From assembly GCA_965215365.1 (NCBI GenBank), contig CBDCDS010000003.1:384001-448000 (forward strand): DNA of 64,000 bases, given 5' to 3'. Source of the DNA: Gammaproteobacteria bacterium. Lineage in GTDB: Bacteria; Pseudomonadota; Gammaproteobacteria; Eutrophobiales; Eutrophobiaceae. The position numbers were made by a program, and so were the translations under genes. This document shows positions 37,867 to 47,272 of this stretch, piece by piece (position 1 is the first letter of the stretch; each line of letters begins with the position of its first letter). The notes below the pieces were generated by a model. The model was not told the DNA's origin. It saw only the letters and a list, made by a program, of their open reading frames with translations, and made no database searches.

Positions 37867-39054
37867 ATGATGACCACCGACTTGCTTACCCTGGATGAGC
37901 TGGACCCGGCGCGCAAGACCGTGCTGATACGCGCGGATTACAACGTGCCGGTAGACGCCGGAGTGATACAGGACGACACGCGCATCCGTGCCGGCCTGCC
38001 CACTCTGAAACGCCTGCTGGACGCGCCGGCTGCGATCATCTTGGTGTCACACCTGGGACGCCCGCAAGCAGGACAATACGAAGCCCGATTCAGTCTGGCC
38101 CCGGTCGCCGCGCATGTCGCTGCCTTGTTGCAACGGGACGTACGCCTAGTGTCCGATTGGGAACAGGGCGTTTCCTTACAGCCGGGGGAAGTGGCAATGC
38201 TGGAGAATATCCGTTTTCTGCCGGGCGAAACGGACAACAGTGACGAACTGGCTCAACGTCTGGCGGGTCTGTGCGACATCTACGTCAACGACGCCTTTGC
38301 CACCGCCCACCGCGCCCAGGCCTCCACCCATGGCGTCGCCCGATATGCCCCGGTCGCCTGTGCCGGTCCGTTACTGCTGGATGAAATAGCAACGCTCACA
38401 ACTGCCCTGGAGCAACCCGGCCGCCCACTGACTGCGATCGTCGGCGGCGCCAAGGTATCCGGCAAGCTGCTGGTGCTGGAGAACCTGATCAAAAAGGTGG
38501 ATCGCCTGATCGTCGGCGGCGGGATTGCCAACACGTTCCTGAAGGCCGCCGGTCAGCCGATAGGCGGCTCGCTCTGTGAAGAAGACCTGATCGACGCCGC
38601 AGCCGGCATCCTTGGCTATGCCCGCGAGCACGGCAAGCAGATCCCGTTGCCGGAAGATGTGGTCTGCGCCAAAAACCTGGCGGCGGAGGCGCTGGCCCAG
38701 GTCAAATATCCGGCAGACATAGCCGCCGACGACTTCATCCTAGATGTGGGGCCGCAGACTATCGCCTTAAATGAGCAGATTATCAATTCCTCTGCCACAA
38801 TCCTGTGGAATGGGCCATTGGGAGTCTTTGAGATCGAGCAGTTTGCAACCGGCACTGCGGCGCTGGCCCGGGCTATTGCCGCCAGCCCGGCTCTGTCTGT
38901 GGCCGGCGGCGGCGATACCGTAGCGGCCATCAGCCGCTTCGGAGTGACTGACGGAATTTCCTGTATTTCAACCGGCGGCGGCGCCTTCCTGGAATTGCTG
39001 GAGGGAAAAACGTTGCCGGCTATCGCGCAATTAAGGAAGGTGGCTCAGGCGTGA
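37867..39054 (+). CDS. pgk: Phosphoglycerate kinase
   Basis: RADYNVP, SHLGRP, NDAF..AHR, GGGDT, STGGGA. Confidence 0.97.
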   Translation: MMTTDLLTLDELDPARKTVLIRADYNVPVDAGVIQDDTRIRAGLPTLKRLLDAPAAIILVSHLGRPQAGQYEARFSLAPVAAHVAALLQRDVRLVSDWEQGVSLQPGEVAMLENIRFLPGETDNSDELAQRLAGLCDIYVNDAFATAHRAQASTHGVARYAPVACAGPLLLDEIATLTTALEQPGRPLTAIVGGAKVSGKLLVLENLIKKVDRLIVGGGIANTFLKAAGQPIGGSLCEEDLIDAAAGILGYAREHGKQIPLPEDVVCAKNLAAEALAQVKYPADIAADDFILDVGPQTIALNEQIINSSATILWNGPLGVFEIEQFATGTAALARAIAASPALSVAGGGDTVAAISRFGVTDGISCISTGGGAFLELLEGKTLPAIAQLRKVAQA

Positions 39055-39082
39055 AGTTGGAAATTCACACCCGCATGGCGGG

Positions 39083-39301
39083 CTACCAGATTTTTGCAAA
39101 CAAGGCGAGATGGGACGCGACCAGTAGCACTAAGACCCATTTTATTGTCCTGATTTCCGCTTTTACCACCTTCATTTCAGCGTCGATATTAACCAGACGC
39201 TGTCCACTATCCGCGACGGCTTGTGAAGCTTTGCGCGCGGTTTCCTCGCTTGCGCCAGCTTCTGTCAAAGCGTCGTATAGTTCGGTAATCATCAAAGACA
39301 T
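39083..39301 (-). CDS. Small DUF1640-like membrane-anchored coiled-coil protein, antisense within the glycolytic cluster
   Basis: ELYDAL.EAGASEE.ARKA head, short coil, KW then C-terminal TM helix. Confidence 0.7.
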   Translation of the reverse strand: MSLMITELYDALTEAGASEETARKASQAVADSGQRLVNIDAEMKVVKAEIRTIKWVLVLLVASHLALFAKIW

Positions 39302-39323
39302 GCGCTCATTGTAGCAAAAATAA

Positions 39324-40757
39324 ATGCGTAGAACAAAAATTATCGCCACCATGGGGCCGGCCACCGACAAGCCGGAGATGCTGGACAATCTGATTACAGC
39401 CGGTGTGGACTTGTTTCGCATCAACTATTCCCACCAGACCCACCTAAAACACAAGGAACGGTCGCGGACGCTCCAGGAGATCAGTCTCAAGCGCGGGTTG
39501 GAGATTGGCCTGATAGCCGATTTGCAGGGCCCCAAGATCCGCTTGCGGCGCTTTCAAAACGGCGTAACCCTGCTTCGGGAAGGTGCGGAATTTACCTTGG
39601 ATCCGTCCCTGCCGGACACAGCCGGCGACGACACCCGGGTAGGCGTGACCTACCCGGCACTGGCCCGGGATGTGAAACCCGGCGCGACCTTGCTCATTGA
39701 CGACGGCCGTATCACCATGGAGGTGGTGCAGGTGGTCAAGACACAGGTGCGCTGCCGGGTCATCACGGGGGGGAAATTGTCGGACAACAAAGGTATCAAC
39801 CTCAAAGGCGGCGGTCTCTCCACCGGGGCGCTCACCCGAAAAGACCGCAAGGATCTGCTGCACGGGGTTGAAATCGGGGCCGATTATTTCGCCATCTCGT
39901 TCGTCAGCAGCGTCGCCGATATTGAGCAGGCGCGCGCGTTGCTGGAGCAAGCCGGGTCAAATGCCGGCATTATCGCCAAGTTTGAACGGGCCGAAGCGTT
40001 GCAGGACGCGACAGCCATCATCCGGGCCGCAGATGCCATCATGATTGCGCGCGGTGACCTGGGCGTGGAAATCGGTGACGCGGCCCTGCCGCCGGTGCAG
40101 AAAAAGCTCATCAAACAGGCGCAGAACCTGGATCGACCGGTGATCACCGCAACCCAGATGATGGAGTCCATGATCGACAACACCATCCCCACCCGGGCCG
40201 AGGTGTTCGATGTGGCCAACGCCATCCTGGACGGTACCGACGCAGTCATGCTGTCCGGCGAAACCAGCATCGGCAAATATCCCGACCGGGTGGTGCAGGC
40301 CATGGCCCGCATCTGTGAAGAAACAGAAAAACAGAAGGAAACCCGCGAGTCGCACCACCGCATCAGCCAGGAATTCGGACGTATCGACGAAGCCATCGCC
40401 ATGTCCACCATGTACGCGGCCAACCACATCAAGGCGCAGGCCATTGCGGCCTTGACAGAAACCGGTTCGACCTGCCTGTGGATGTCCCGCATCAGCTCCG
40501 GTATTCCGATTCTGGCGTTTACCCGCCACACGGCCACCATGCGCAAGGTAAGATTATACCGGGGCGTTTATCCGGTACAGTTTGATATTACCCACACGGA
40601 TCCGCTGGAGGCCAATGCAGAAATCATCGAGGTGCTGTTGCGGCGGCAACTGGTCAGCGCCGGCGATATTGTGCTGATCACCAAGGGCGACCTGCGCGGA
40701 CGGCGCGGCGGCACCAATAATCTGAAAATCATTCGGGTGGGTGATACCGCTGCATAG
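39324..40757 (+). CDS. pyk: Pyruvate kinase
   Basis: RRTKIIATMGP, DLQGPKIR, ARGDLGVE, TATQMMESM. Confidence 0.97.
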   Translation: MRRTKIIATMGPATDKPEMLDNLITAGVDLFRINYSHQTHLKHKERSRTLQEISLKRGLEIGLIADLQGPKIRLRRFQNGVTLLREGAEFTLDPSLPDTAGDDTRVGVTYPALARDVKPGATLLIDDGRITMEVVQVVKTQVRCRVITGGKLSDNKGINLKGGGLSTGALTRKDRKDLLHGVEIGADYFAISFVSSVADIEQARALLEQAGSNAGIIAKFERAEALQDATAIIRAADAIMIARGDLGVEIGDAALPPVQKKLIKQAQNLDRPVITATQMMESMIDNTIPTRAEVFDVANAILDGTDAVMLSGETSIGKYPDRVVQAMARICEETEKQKETRESHHRISQEFGRIDEAIAMSTMYAANHIKAQAIAALTETGSTCLWMSRISSGIPILAFTRHTATMRKVRLYRGVYPVQFDITHTDPLEANAEIIEVLLRRQLVSAGDIVLITKGDLRGRRGGTNNLKIIRVGDTAA

Positions 40758-40794
40758 CAGCTGCAAAACCAGGTTTTGGCTTGCGGCAGACAAC

Positions 40795-40814
40795 CTGAAA
40801 ATGGTAGTATATCC
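40795..40814 (+). promoter_or_regulatory. 20 bp motif shared with the gap upstream region
   Basis: CTGAAAATGGTAGTATATCC. Confidence 0.6.
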
Positions 40815-40856
40815 TCTGATTTTTAATTTTATTTTTCACTGCGAGAGTAAGCAAAA

Positions 40857-41885
40857 ATGAGTAACATAACTGAACAGATGACGCAGACGGCCGCCGCCAT
40901 GGTAGCAACGGGCAAGGGCATTCTTGCTATAGACGAGAGCCTGCCGAGCATTAAAAAACGCTTCGATACCATTGATATTGAGTCCACCGAGGAGAATCGG
41001 CGCGCCTACCGGGAGCTGTTGATCACCGCCGCCGGTGGCGAGGAGTTCATCAGCGGCATGATCCTGTTCGACGAGACCCTGCGCCAGCAGACCCGGGACG
41101 GCGTGCCGTTCCCGCAGGCGTTGATAGCAAAAGGCATCATGCCCGGCATCAAGGTGGACACGGGCGCCAAGGAGCTGGCGCGCCACCCCGGCGAGAAGGT
41201 CACCGAAGGTCTGGACGGTTTGCGCGATCGGCTTGCCGAATATCGCGCACTGGGTGCCCGGTTTGCCAAGTGGCGGGCAGTCATTACCATCGGCGATCAC
41301 ATCCCCAGCCACGGCTGCATCGAAGCCAACGCTCACGCCCTGGCGCGCTACGCGGCGCTGTGCCAGGAAGCCGGCATCGTCCCCATGGTGGAACCGGAAG
41401 TGCTGATGGACGCGGATAATGACATCGACATCTGCTACCGGGCCACGGAAAAAACCCTGAGGACGGTGTTCAACGCCTTGTACGAACAGCGCGTGGCACT
41501 GGAACACACCATTCTGAAAACCAACATGGTGATCTCCGGGAAAAAGTGCCCGGTGCAAGCCGGCGTGCAGGAAGTCGCTGAAAAAACCGTGCGCTGCCTG
41601 CTGAGCACGGTGCCGGCAGCGCTGCCGGGAATCGTCTTCCTGTCCGGCGGTCAAAGTGCCACTCTGGCCACGGCCCACCTCAATGAAATGAACCGACGCT
41701 ACCGCGACCTGCCCTGGCCGCTCAGCTTCTCCTACGGCCGCGCCCTGCAAGAGGCGTGCCTGAAGACCTGGGCCGGCAACCCGGCCAACCTCAGTGCCGC
41801 ACAGACCGTACTGCTGCACCGGGAAAAATGCAACAGTCTGGCCTGCCTGGGACAATATACGGACGCGCTTGAACAAGCAGCGTGA
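40857..41885 (+). CDS. fba: Fructose-bisphosphate aldolase class I
   Basis: GKGILAIDES, FAKWRAV, VPMVEPEV, FLSGGQS, FSYGRALQ. Confidence 0.96.
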   Translation: MSNITEQMTQTAAAMVATGKGILAIDESLPSIKKRFDTIDIESTEENRRAYRELLITAAGGEEFISGMILFDETLRQQTRDGVPFPQALIAKGIMPGIKVDTGAKELARHPGEKVTEGLDGLRDRLAEYRALGARFAKWRAVITIGDHIPSHGCIEANAHALARYAALCQEAGIVPMVEPEVLMDADNDIDICYRATEKTLRTVFNALYEQRVALEHTILKTNMVISGKKCPVQAGVQEVAEKTVRCLLSTVPAALPGIVFLSGGQSATLATAHLNEMNRRYRDLPWPLSFSYGRALQEACLKTWAGNPANLSAAQTVLLHREKCNSLACLGQYTDALEQAA

Positions 41886-42172
41886 CTGAACTTGAACTCA
41901 ACCCGGAAACTGTCGCCGCTTGGCAAGCGTACCAGTCCATGAGCACCGGCAAGGACGCCTACTTCTCCCTGCTGCAAGCCCTAGACGAAAAATACCGCCA
42001 CGGCGGCAACCCCACCATCGCCGAAAACCTGAAGCTGGAACAGCTGCTGGGCGAACACGACCGGAAGGTAAAAGCGTTCAATCAGGCGCTATTAGCCATC
42101 ACCAACCCCGGCGCCAAGCAGCAACTGGTGGAACTGCTGAAGGATACGGCGAATACTGTCACCAGCCATTGA
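41882..42172 (+). CDS. Hypothetical helical protein
   Basis: GTGA overlap with the fba stop; host-like codon usage. Confidence 0.7.
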   Translation: MTELELNPETVAAWQAYQSMSTGKDAYFSLLQALDEKYRHGGNPTIAENLKLEQLLGEHDRKVKAFNQALLAITNPGAKQQLVELLKDTANTVTSH

Positions 42173-42248
42173 TAAATGGAGCACTGACGCATTCTATTGA
42201 TAAACAAATCAACTTGATTATTCAAATTATCATGATAGATTGAACTTT

Positions 42249-43403
42249 ATGTTCAATCGCAACCTCATACTGCCGGCAGCTGGGGTCGAGTCATTTTTTC
42301 TCTGGGGCCCTCGCCAAACGGGAAAGAGCACGTTACTTCGGCATACTTACAAAGATGCGCGCTGGGTTGACCTGTTAAAGTCTGAGGAATTTCGCAGGTA
42401 CATCGCTCATCCCGAGGCGCTGCGCGAAGAAATTGAAGCAACGGCAACAGACCCGGGGCAGCAGATTGTTATCGACGAGATCCAAAAGGCGCCGGCGCTG
42501 CTGGATGAGGTTCATTGGCTAATCGAGAATCACGGATTACACTTTGCGCTTTGTGGTTCCAGCGCCCGCAAGGTAAAGCGGGGCGCCGCCAACCTGCTGG
42601 GAGGAAGAGCCATTCGTTACGAGTTACACGGACTTTGCGCCGGCGAACTCGGGCCTGACTTTGAACTGGATCGACTACTCAACCATGGCTACCTCCCCCG
42701 CATCTATCAGGCTGACCGACCCAGTCGAATGCTCGATGCGTACATTGCCGATTATCTTAAAGAGGAAGTCGCCGCAGAAGGACTGGTTCGAAATCTGCCG
42801 ACATTCTCAGACTTCCTGGATATCGCGGCATTCAGTGATGGTCAGATAGTCAACTTCTCGAACATTGCCCGTGACTGTGGCGTATCGAGTCATACGGTAA
42901 AAAACTATTTCCGGATTCTGGAAGACACACTGCTCGCCAGCTGGCTGCCTGCTTACCGGACACGACCCAAACGGCGCGTGATCAGCGCGCCCAAGTTTTA
43001 TTTCTCTGATGTCGGGGTTGTCAACCGCCTGGCCCGGCGTGGCGAGTTGTTGGCTGGCTCGGAAAACTACGGCAAGGCCTTCGAGAACTGGGTCTTCCAC
43101 GAGCTATCCACTTATCTCAGCTACCATGAGTCCAATGCAAGACTTTCCTACTGGCGCCTCGCCAGCGGCGTCGAAGTGGACTTTATACTTGGTGATATGC
43201 AAGTCGCCATTGAAGCGAAATCCACCGCCCGCAGCCACGACGGCCACCTCAAGGGCTTACGCAGTATCATTGCGGACTACCCCCGCATCCAGCGCAGGAT
43301 GGTCGTCAGCCGAGAAGCCCGGGCGCGTAAAACCAGCGACGGTATAGAGGTGATGCCAGCAGCAGATTTTGTTGAACGACTCTGGGGCGGAGATATTCTC
43401 TGA
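42249..43403 (+). CDS. AAA+ ATPase with DUF4143 and C-terminal PD-(D/E)xK-like motif
   Basis: GPRQTGKST, IDEIQK, CGSS, PKFYFSDVG, EVDF...AIEAK. Confidence 0.9.
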   Translation: MFNRNLILPAAGVESFFLWGPRQTGKSTLLRHTYKDARWVDLLKSEEFRRYIAHPEALREEIEATATDPGQQIVIDEIQKAPALLDEVHWLIENHGLHFALCGSSARKVKRGAANLLGGRAIRYELHGLCAGELGPDFELDRLLNHGYLPRIYQADRPSRMLDAYIADYLKEEVAAEGLVRNLPTFSDFLDIAAFSDGQIVNFSNIARDCGVSSHTVKNYFRILEDTLLASWLPAYRTRPKRRVISAPKFYFSDVGVVNRLARRGELLAGSENYGKAFENWVFHELSTYLSYHESNARLSYWRLASGVEVDFILGDMQVAIEAKSTARSHDGHLKGLRSIIADYPRIQRRMVVSREARARKTSDGIEVMPAADFVERLWGGDIL

Positions 43404-43481
43404 CACCTCTGACTAGTTCAGCGGGAGCGACTAGCCTCCGATGCAGTGCGCCTTGCCACAATAAAAGGGGCTGAAAGATGG

Positions 43482-43587
43482 TCTGCAAAGATAGCCACGC
43501 ATCATCGAACTGCAAAAAGAATACCGAACCGAGTTGATTTCCGAGGCAATGACAGGCAAGATTAAAGTGCCGGGATTACCAACCTAG
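43482..43587 (+). pseudogene. hsdS: C-terminal remnant of a type I R-M specificity subunit HsdS
   Basis: IIELQKEYRTELISEAMTGKIKV matches the HsdS terminal helix pattern (L.EY...LI..A.TGKI.V); no start codon, upstream stop in frame. Confidence 0.7.
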
Positions 43588-43598
43588 GAGGTGTCCGC

Positions 43599-45281
43599 AT
43601 GAGTGAGTTTATGCTAATGGAACCTGCCAACCAGACCTTTTCCGAACTGCTGAGTAACGGCGTTAAATACACCGTGCCGCGTTTCCAACGCGATTACTCA
43701 TGGGAACAGGAACAGTGGGAAGACTTATGGGCGGATATTGAAGGTCTGGAACAGGAAGGCTTCCACTACATGGGCTACATCGTATTACAACGGAAAAACC
43801 AGCAGGATTTTGAAGTGATAGACGGTCAACAGCGTCTGGTTACGCTATCTTTGCTGACCCTGGCCACAATGCGACATATTCAGGGATTGATTGAGAACGG
43901 TGAAGACGCTGATAAAAACCAGGAGCGTTTGGAAGAAATAACGAACCGGTATATTGGTTCGAAGGATATTGTATCGTTAAGAGTCAGTAACAGGTTGACG
44001 CTGAATCGCAATAATGGCCGCTTCTTCAAAGACATTTGTTCCAACCTGCATCCCCCTCAACAGCGGGGCATTACCGCAACTAATAATCTTCTCAGGCGAG
44101 CATTCAAATTTTTCTACGATAAAAATGTAGGCGGTAGTGGCGAGGAAATTGCTGAATTTATTAACAGGTTTTCATCCGGGCTAATTTTTACAAAAATTGT
44201 AGTGCAAGACAACCTGAACGCGTACAAGGTATTTGCAACCCTCAATGCCAGAGGAGTACAGCTTTCCACTCCCGACTTATTGAAAAACTATATTTTTTCG
44301 GTGGTTACCCAAAATGATGACGTCTCCGACGAGACTCTGGATGATCTTGATGAAACATGGTCTGGCATCCTGACCCAACTCGGTGAAAATGATTTTACTG
44401 ATTTCGTGCGCTACCACCATAATTCTCATAAGCCACTGATAAGCAAAAAAGAGTTATTCAAATCGGTCAGGCAACTTTATTCGGCCCCCGCCGCGGCGCA
44501 TGAGTACCTGAGATCGCTAACGGAAGCTGTTCCGGTCTACGCATCATTGTCCAATCCTTATGATGAATGGTGGCAACAGGAAACCGGCAAATATCGGGAT
44601 GCCGTTCATTTCCTGGATGGCCTGAAACTGTTTGGCATCCGGCAACCTTACACGATATTGATGGCGGCGTTCACCAACAAATTTTCACCGGAAGAATTTG
44701 TCAAAACGCTGAAATACATCTATATCCTGTCCATTCGTTATAACGTCATTTGCAGCTATTCACCCAGCGAGCAGGAAAAACGCTATAACAACATAGCCAT
44801 GAAAATAGCCCAGGGAGAATACCAACGCGCAAGTCACGTAAAAAAAAGCCCTGATTTTCGAGCGCTCTATCCTGCCGACGAAGTATTCAGGAATATCTTC
44901 GAGTACTGCAAATTGCCAAGTCGTCGTTCATCCAAAAAAATCCGTTTTTTATTAGCGGAGATAGAAAATAATGAGGGTGGTAACGTGGGATACTTAGATA
45001 CAACGCTTGAGCATATCTGTCCTTACAACCCCGACCAGGAGTGGTATCAGCATTTTGGTGAAGCAGCAAATGATATTGCTGACAGGTTGGGCAACATGGT
45101 TCTATTGAACCGGGATGAACTTGAACGCATGGATTTCACCACTAAGAAAATGCACTATCTCAAGACACCTTTCAAACTTGCCAAAAAGGTAGCCGAGTAT
45201 GAGCGCTGGGATCCGACCAGCCTGAACCATTATCAGTCTTGGCTTGCTGATCAGGCAGTACGAACCTGGCGAGTGGATTGA
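43599..45281 (+). CDS. GmrSD-like modification-dependent restriction endonuclease (DUF262 + DUF1524)
   Basis: PRFQRDYSW, IDGQQR, F.TLNARG; C-terminal LEHI.P...LGN; low GC. Confidence 0.88.
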   Translation: MSEFMLMEPANQTFSELLSNGVKYTVPRFQRDYSWEQEQWEDLWADIEGLEQEGFHYMGYIVLQRKNQQDFEVIDGQQRLVTLSLLTLATMRHIQGLIENGEDADKNQERLEEITNRYIGSKDIVSLRVSNRLTLNRNNGRFFKDICSNLHPPQQRGITATNNLLRRAFKFFYDKNVGGSGEEIAEFINRFSSGLIFTKIVVQDNLNAYKVFATLNARGVQLSTPDLLKNYIFSVVTQNDDVSDETLDDLDETWSGILTQLGENDFTDFVRYHHNSHKPLISKKELFKSVRQLYSAPAAAHEYLRSLTEAVPVYASLSNPYDEWWQQETGKYRDAVHFLDGLKLFGIRQPYTILMAAFTNKFSPEEFVKTLKYIYILSIRYNVICSYSPSEQEKRYNNIAMKIAQGEYQRASHVKKSPDFRALYPADEVFRNIFEYCKLPSRRSSKKIRFLLAEIENNEGGNVGYLDTTLEHICPYNPDQEWYQHFGEAANDIADRLGNMVLLNRDELERMDFTTKKMHYLKTPFKLAKKVAEYERWDPTSLNHYQSWLADQAVRTWRVD

Positions 45282-45362
45282 TGGATGTGGGACATAACCA
45301 GACAAAAGGCAGTAGGTCAGATTGCCAGCTCTTTGGTTTGCAGTATGGAGACATTCATAGTG

Positions 45363-46151
45363 CTACCTGCCCCGCCCCGACCAGCGGCGGGCGGCGTTTT
45401 CCAGTTGTGTGTCGTGGCCTTGCGGCCAGCGGGTGACGCGTTTGCTCCAGCGTTTGGAGCCGTGGGCTTTGTGCAGCAAGGTGACGTTACCGCGTTTGAA
45501 GAACGGGATCAGCGCCATGCCGGCGAGGAAGCCGCCGATGTGGGCGAACCAGGCTACGCCGCCGCCTTCTGATGAGGTGAGCGCCGAGCTGATGAGCTGC
45601 ATGGCAAACCACAGGCCCAGTACCCACAGCGCCGGCAGTCTTACCAGCTGCATGAAAAAACCCAGGGGGATCAGCACCAGCACCCGGGCCTGGGGATAGA
45701 GCAACAGGTACGCACCCAACACACCGGAAATGGCGCCGCTGGCGCCAATCATGGGGATCTCGGAGGCCGGGTTTTGCATGACCTGACCGAACACGGCGGC
45801 GATACCGCACAGCAGGTAGAACACGATGAAGCGGCCATGCCCCATCGCATCTTCCACGTTATTCCCGAAGATCCACAAAAACAGCATGTTACCGGCCAGA
45901 TGCATGAAGCCGCCGTGCAGAAACATGGAAGTGAATACGGTCAGGGTGGGCGGCACCACGGACAGTTCCGGGGGCAGCGCCGCCTGGTCCAATAACACCG
46001 CCGGGATGACGCCTAAGGCATAGACTGCGGCCTGGTAGCCCTGCGTGCCCAGCGACATCTGCCACAGGAACACCAGCACGCAGGCGGCGATGAAGGTGAC
46101 GGTCAACGCCGGGAAGATTTGAGTGGGATTGTCGTCGTGGAGCGGGATCAT
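45363..46151 (-). CDS. Rhomboid intramembrane serine protease
   Basis: SMFLHGG..H..GNM, GASGA, VAWFAHIGG. Confidence 0.95.
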   Translation of the reverse strand: MIPLHDDNPTQIFPALTVTFIAACVLVFLWQMSLGTQGYQAAVYALGVIPAVLLDQAALPPELSVVPPTLTVFTSMFLHGGFMHLAGNMLFLWIFGNNVEDAMGHGRFIVFYLLCGIAAVFGQVMQNPASEIPMIGASGAISGVLGAYLLLYPQARVLVLIPLGFFMQLVRLPALWVLGLWFAMQLISSALTSSEGGGVAWFAHIGGFLAGMALIPFFKRGNVTLLHKAHGSKRWSKRVTRWPQGHDTQLENAARRWSGRGR

Positions 46152-46177
46152 GGGGCAAAGGGAATCCGTTTTCTACC

Positions 46178-46203
46178 GGATTCCTGCTTGCGCAGGAATG
46201 ACG
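46178..46203 (-). repeat. CGTC-type REP palindrome
   Basis: GGATTCCTGCTTGCGCAGGAATGACG; related to 47227 and 55523. Confidence 0.75.
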
Positions 46204-46264
46204 GGTGTGGCATTGATAACCGGTGCGGCAAAGGTGATGATTTCAGCGCTTTCACTGTGGCGAT

Positions 46265-47161
46265 TTATCCGTCCAGCAGTCGATCTTGCGCTTCCCGGTA
46301 CTTGGCTGCGGTGCGGTCGATGACTTCCTGCGGCAGGGCCGGGCCGGGGGCTTGTTTGTTCCAGTCCCGGGTTTCAAGATAATCCCTCAAGTATTGCTTG
46401 TCGAAGCTGGGCGGGCTGATGCCGACGCGGTAGGAGGCCGCCGGCCAGAAACGAGATGAATCCGGCGTCAATACCTCATCGATCAGGTATAGATCGTTGT
46501 TGGCGTCGAGGCCGAATTCCAGTTTGGTGTCGGCGATGATGATGCCTCTTTGCGCGGCATACTGCGCGGCCTGTTGATAGATGGTCAGACTGAGCCTGCG
46601 CACCTTTTCGGCCAGCTCGGCGCCCAGCAGTTCGACGGCTTGTGCAAAGCTGATATTTTCATCGTGGGCGCCAGCTGCGGCTTTGGTGGAAGGCGTGAAT
46701 ATGGGTTCCGACAGTTGCTGCGCCTGTTGCAGGCCCGCCGGCAACTCGATGCCACAGACTGCGCCGGTACGCTGGTAGTCTTTCCAGCCGGAGCCGATGA
46801 TATAGCCGCGCACGATGGCTTCCACCGGCAACGGCGACAGCCTTTTCACCACAATGGCGCGCCCGGCAAGCTGCCTAGCTTCGTCTGCGCCGAGGCCGAT
46901 GGCATCTAGGCCGCGGCCGGTGAGGTGGTTGTCAAGCAGCTGCCGCGTGCGCGCAAACCAGAAATTGGACACCGTAGTCAGCACCCTGCCCTTGCCCGGA
47001 ATCGGGTCGGGCAACACCACATCGAAGGCGGAGATACGGTCGCTGGTGACGATCAGCAGGTGGTCATCGTCCACCGCGTAGATGTCACGCACCTTGCCCT
47101 GGTTCAACAGCGACAGGCCGCTGATTTCGGATTGATAAAGAGATGTGTTTGAGTTTGACAT
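46265..47161 (-). CDS. purC: SAICAR synthetase
   Basis: [37 protein letters not shown]. Confidence 0.97.
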   Translation of the reverse strand: MSNSNTSLYQSEISGLSLLNQGKVRDIYAVDDDHLLIVTSDRISAFDVVLPDPIPGKGRVLTTVSNFWFARTRQLLDNHLTGRGLDAIGLGADEARQLAGRAIVVKRLSPLPVEAIVRGYIIGSGWKDYQRTGAVCGIELPAGLQQAQQLSEPIFTPSTKAAAGAHDENISFAQAVELLGAELAEKVRRLSLTIYQQAAQYAAQRGIIIADTKLEFGLDANNDLYLIDEVLTPDSSRFWPAASYRVGISPPSFDKQYLRDYLETRDWNKQAPGPALPQEVIDRTAAKYREAQDRLLDG

Positions 47162-47226
47162 CCTGGCTCCTGATAAAGTGTTTACTGTTTTGTGGCTGTG
47201 TCGGCCTTGCTCGTCCCCTAATTCTT

Positions 47227-47252
47227 GATTCCGGGTCAAGCCCGGAATGACG
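47227..47252 (-). repeat. CGTC-type REP palindrome
   Basis: GATTCCGGGTCAAGCCCGGAATGACG. Confidence 0.75.
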
Positions 47253-47272
47253 AGCGGAGTGGAATATATCGG

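Noticed and set aside
34771-41885. Proof of Calvin-cycle autotrophy from tkt-gap-pgk-pyk-fba
   Set aside because: The cluster also occurs in heterotrophs; no RuBisCO or phosphoribulokinase in the window
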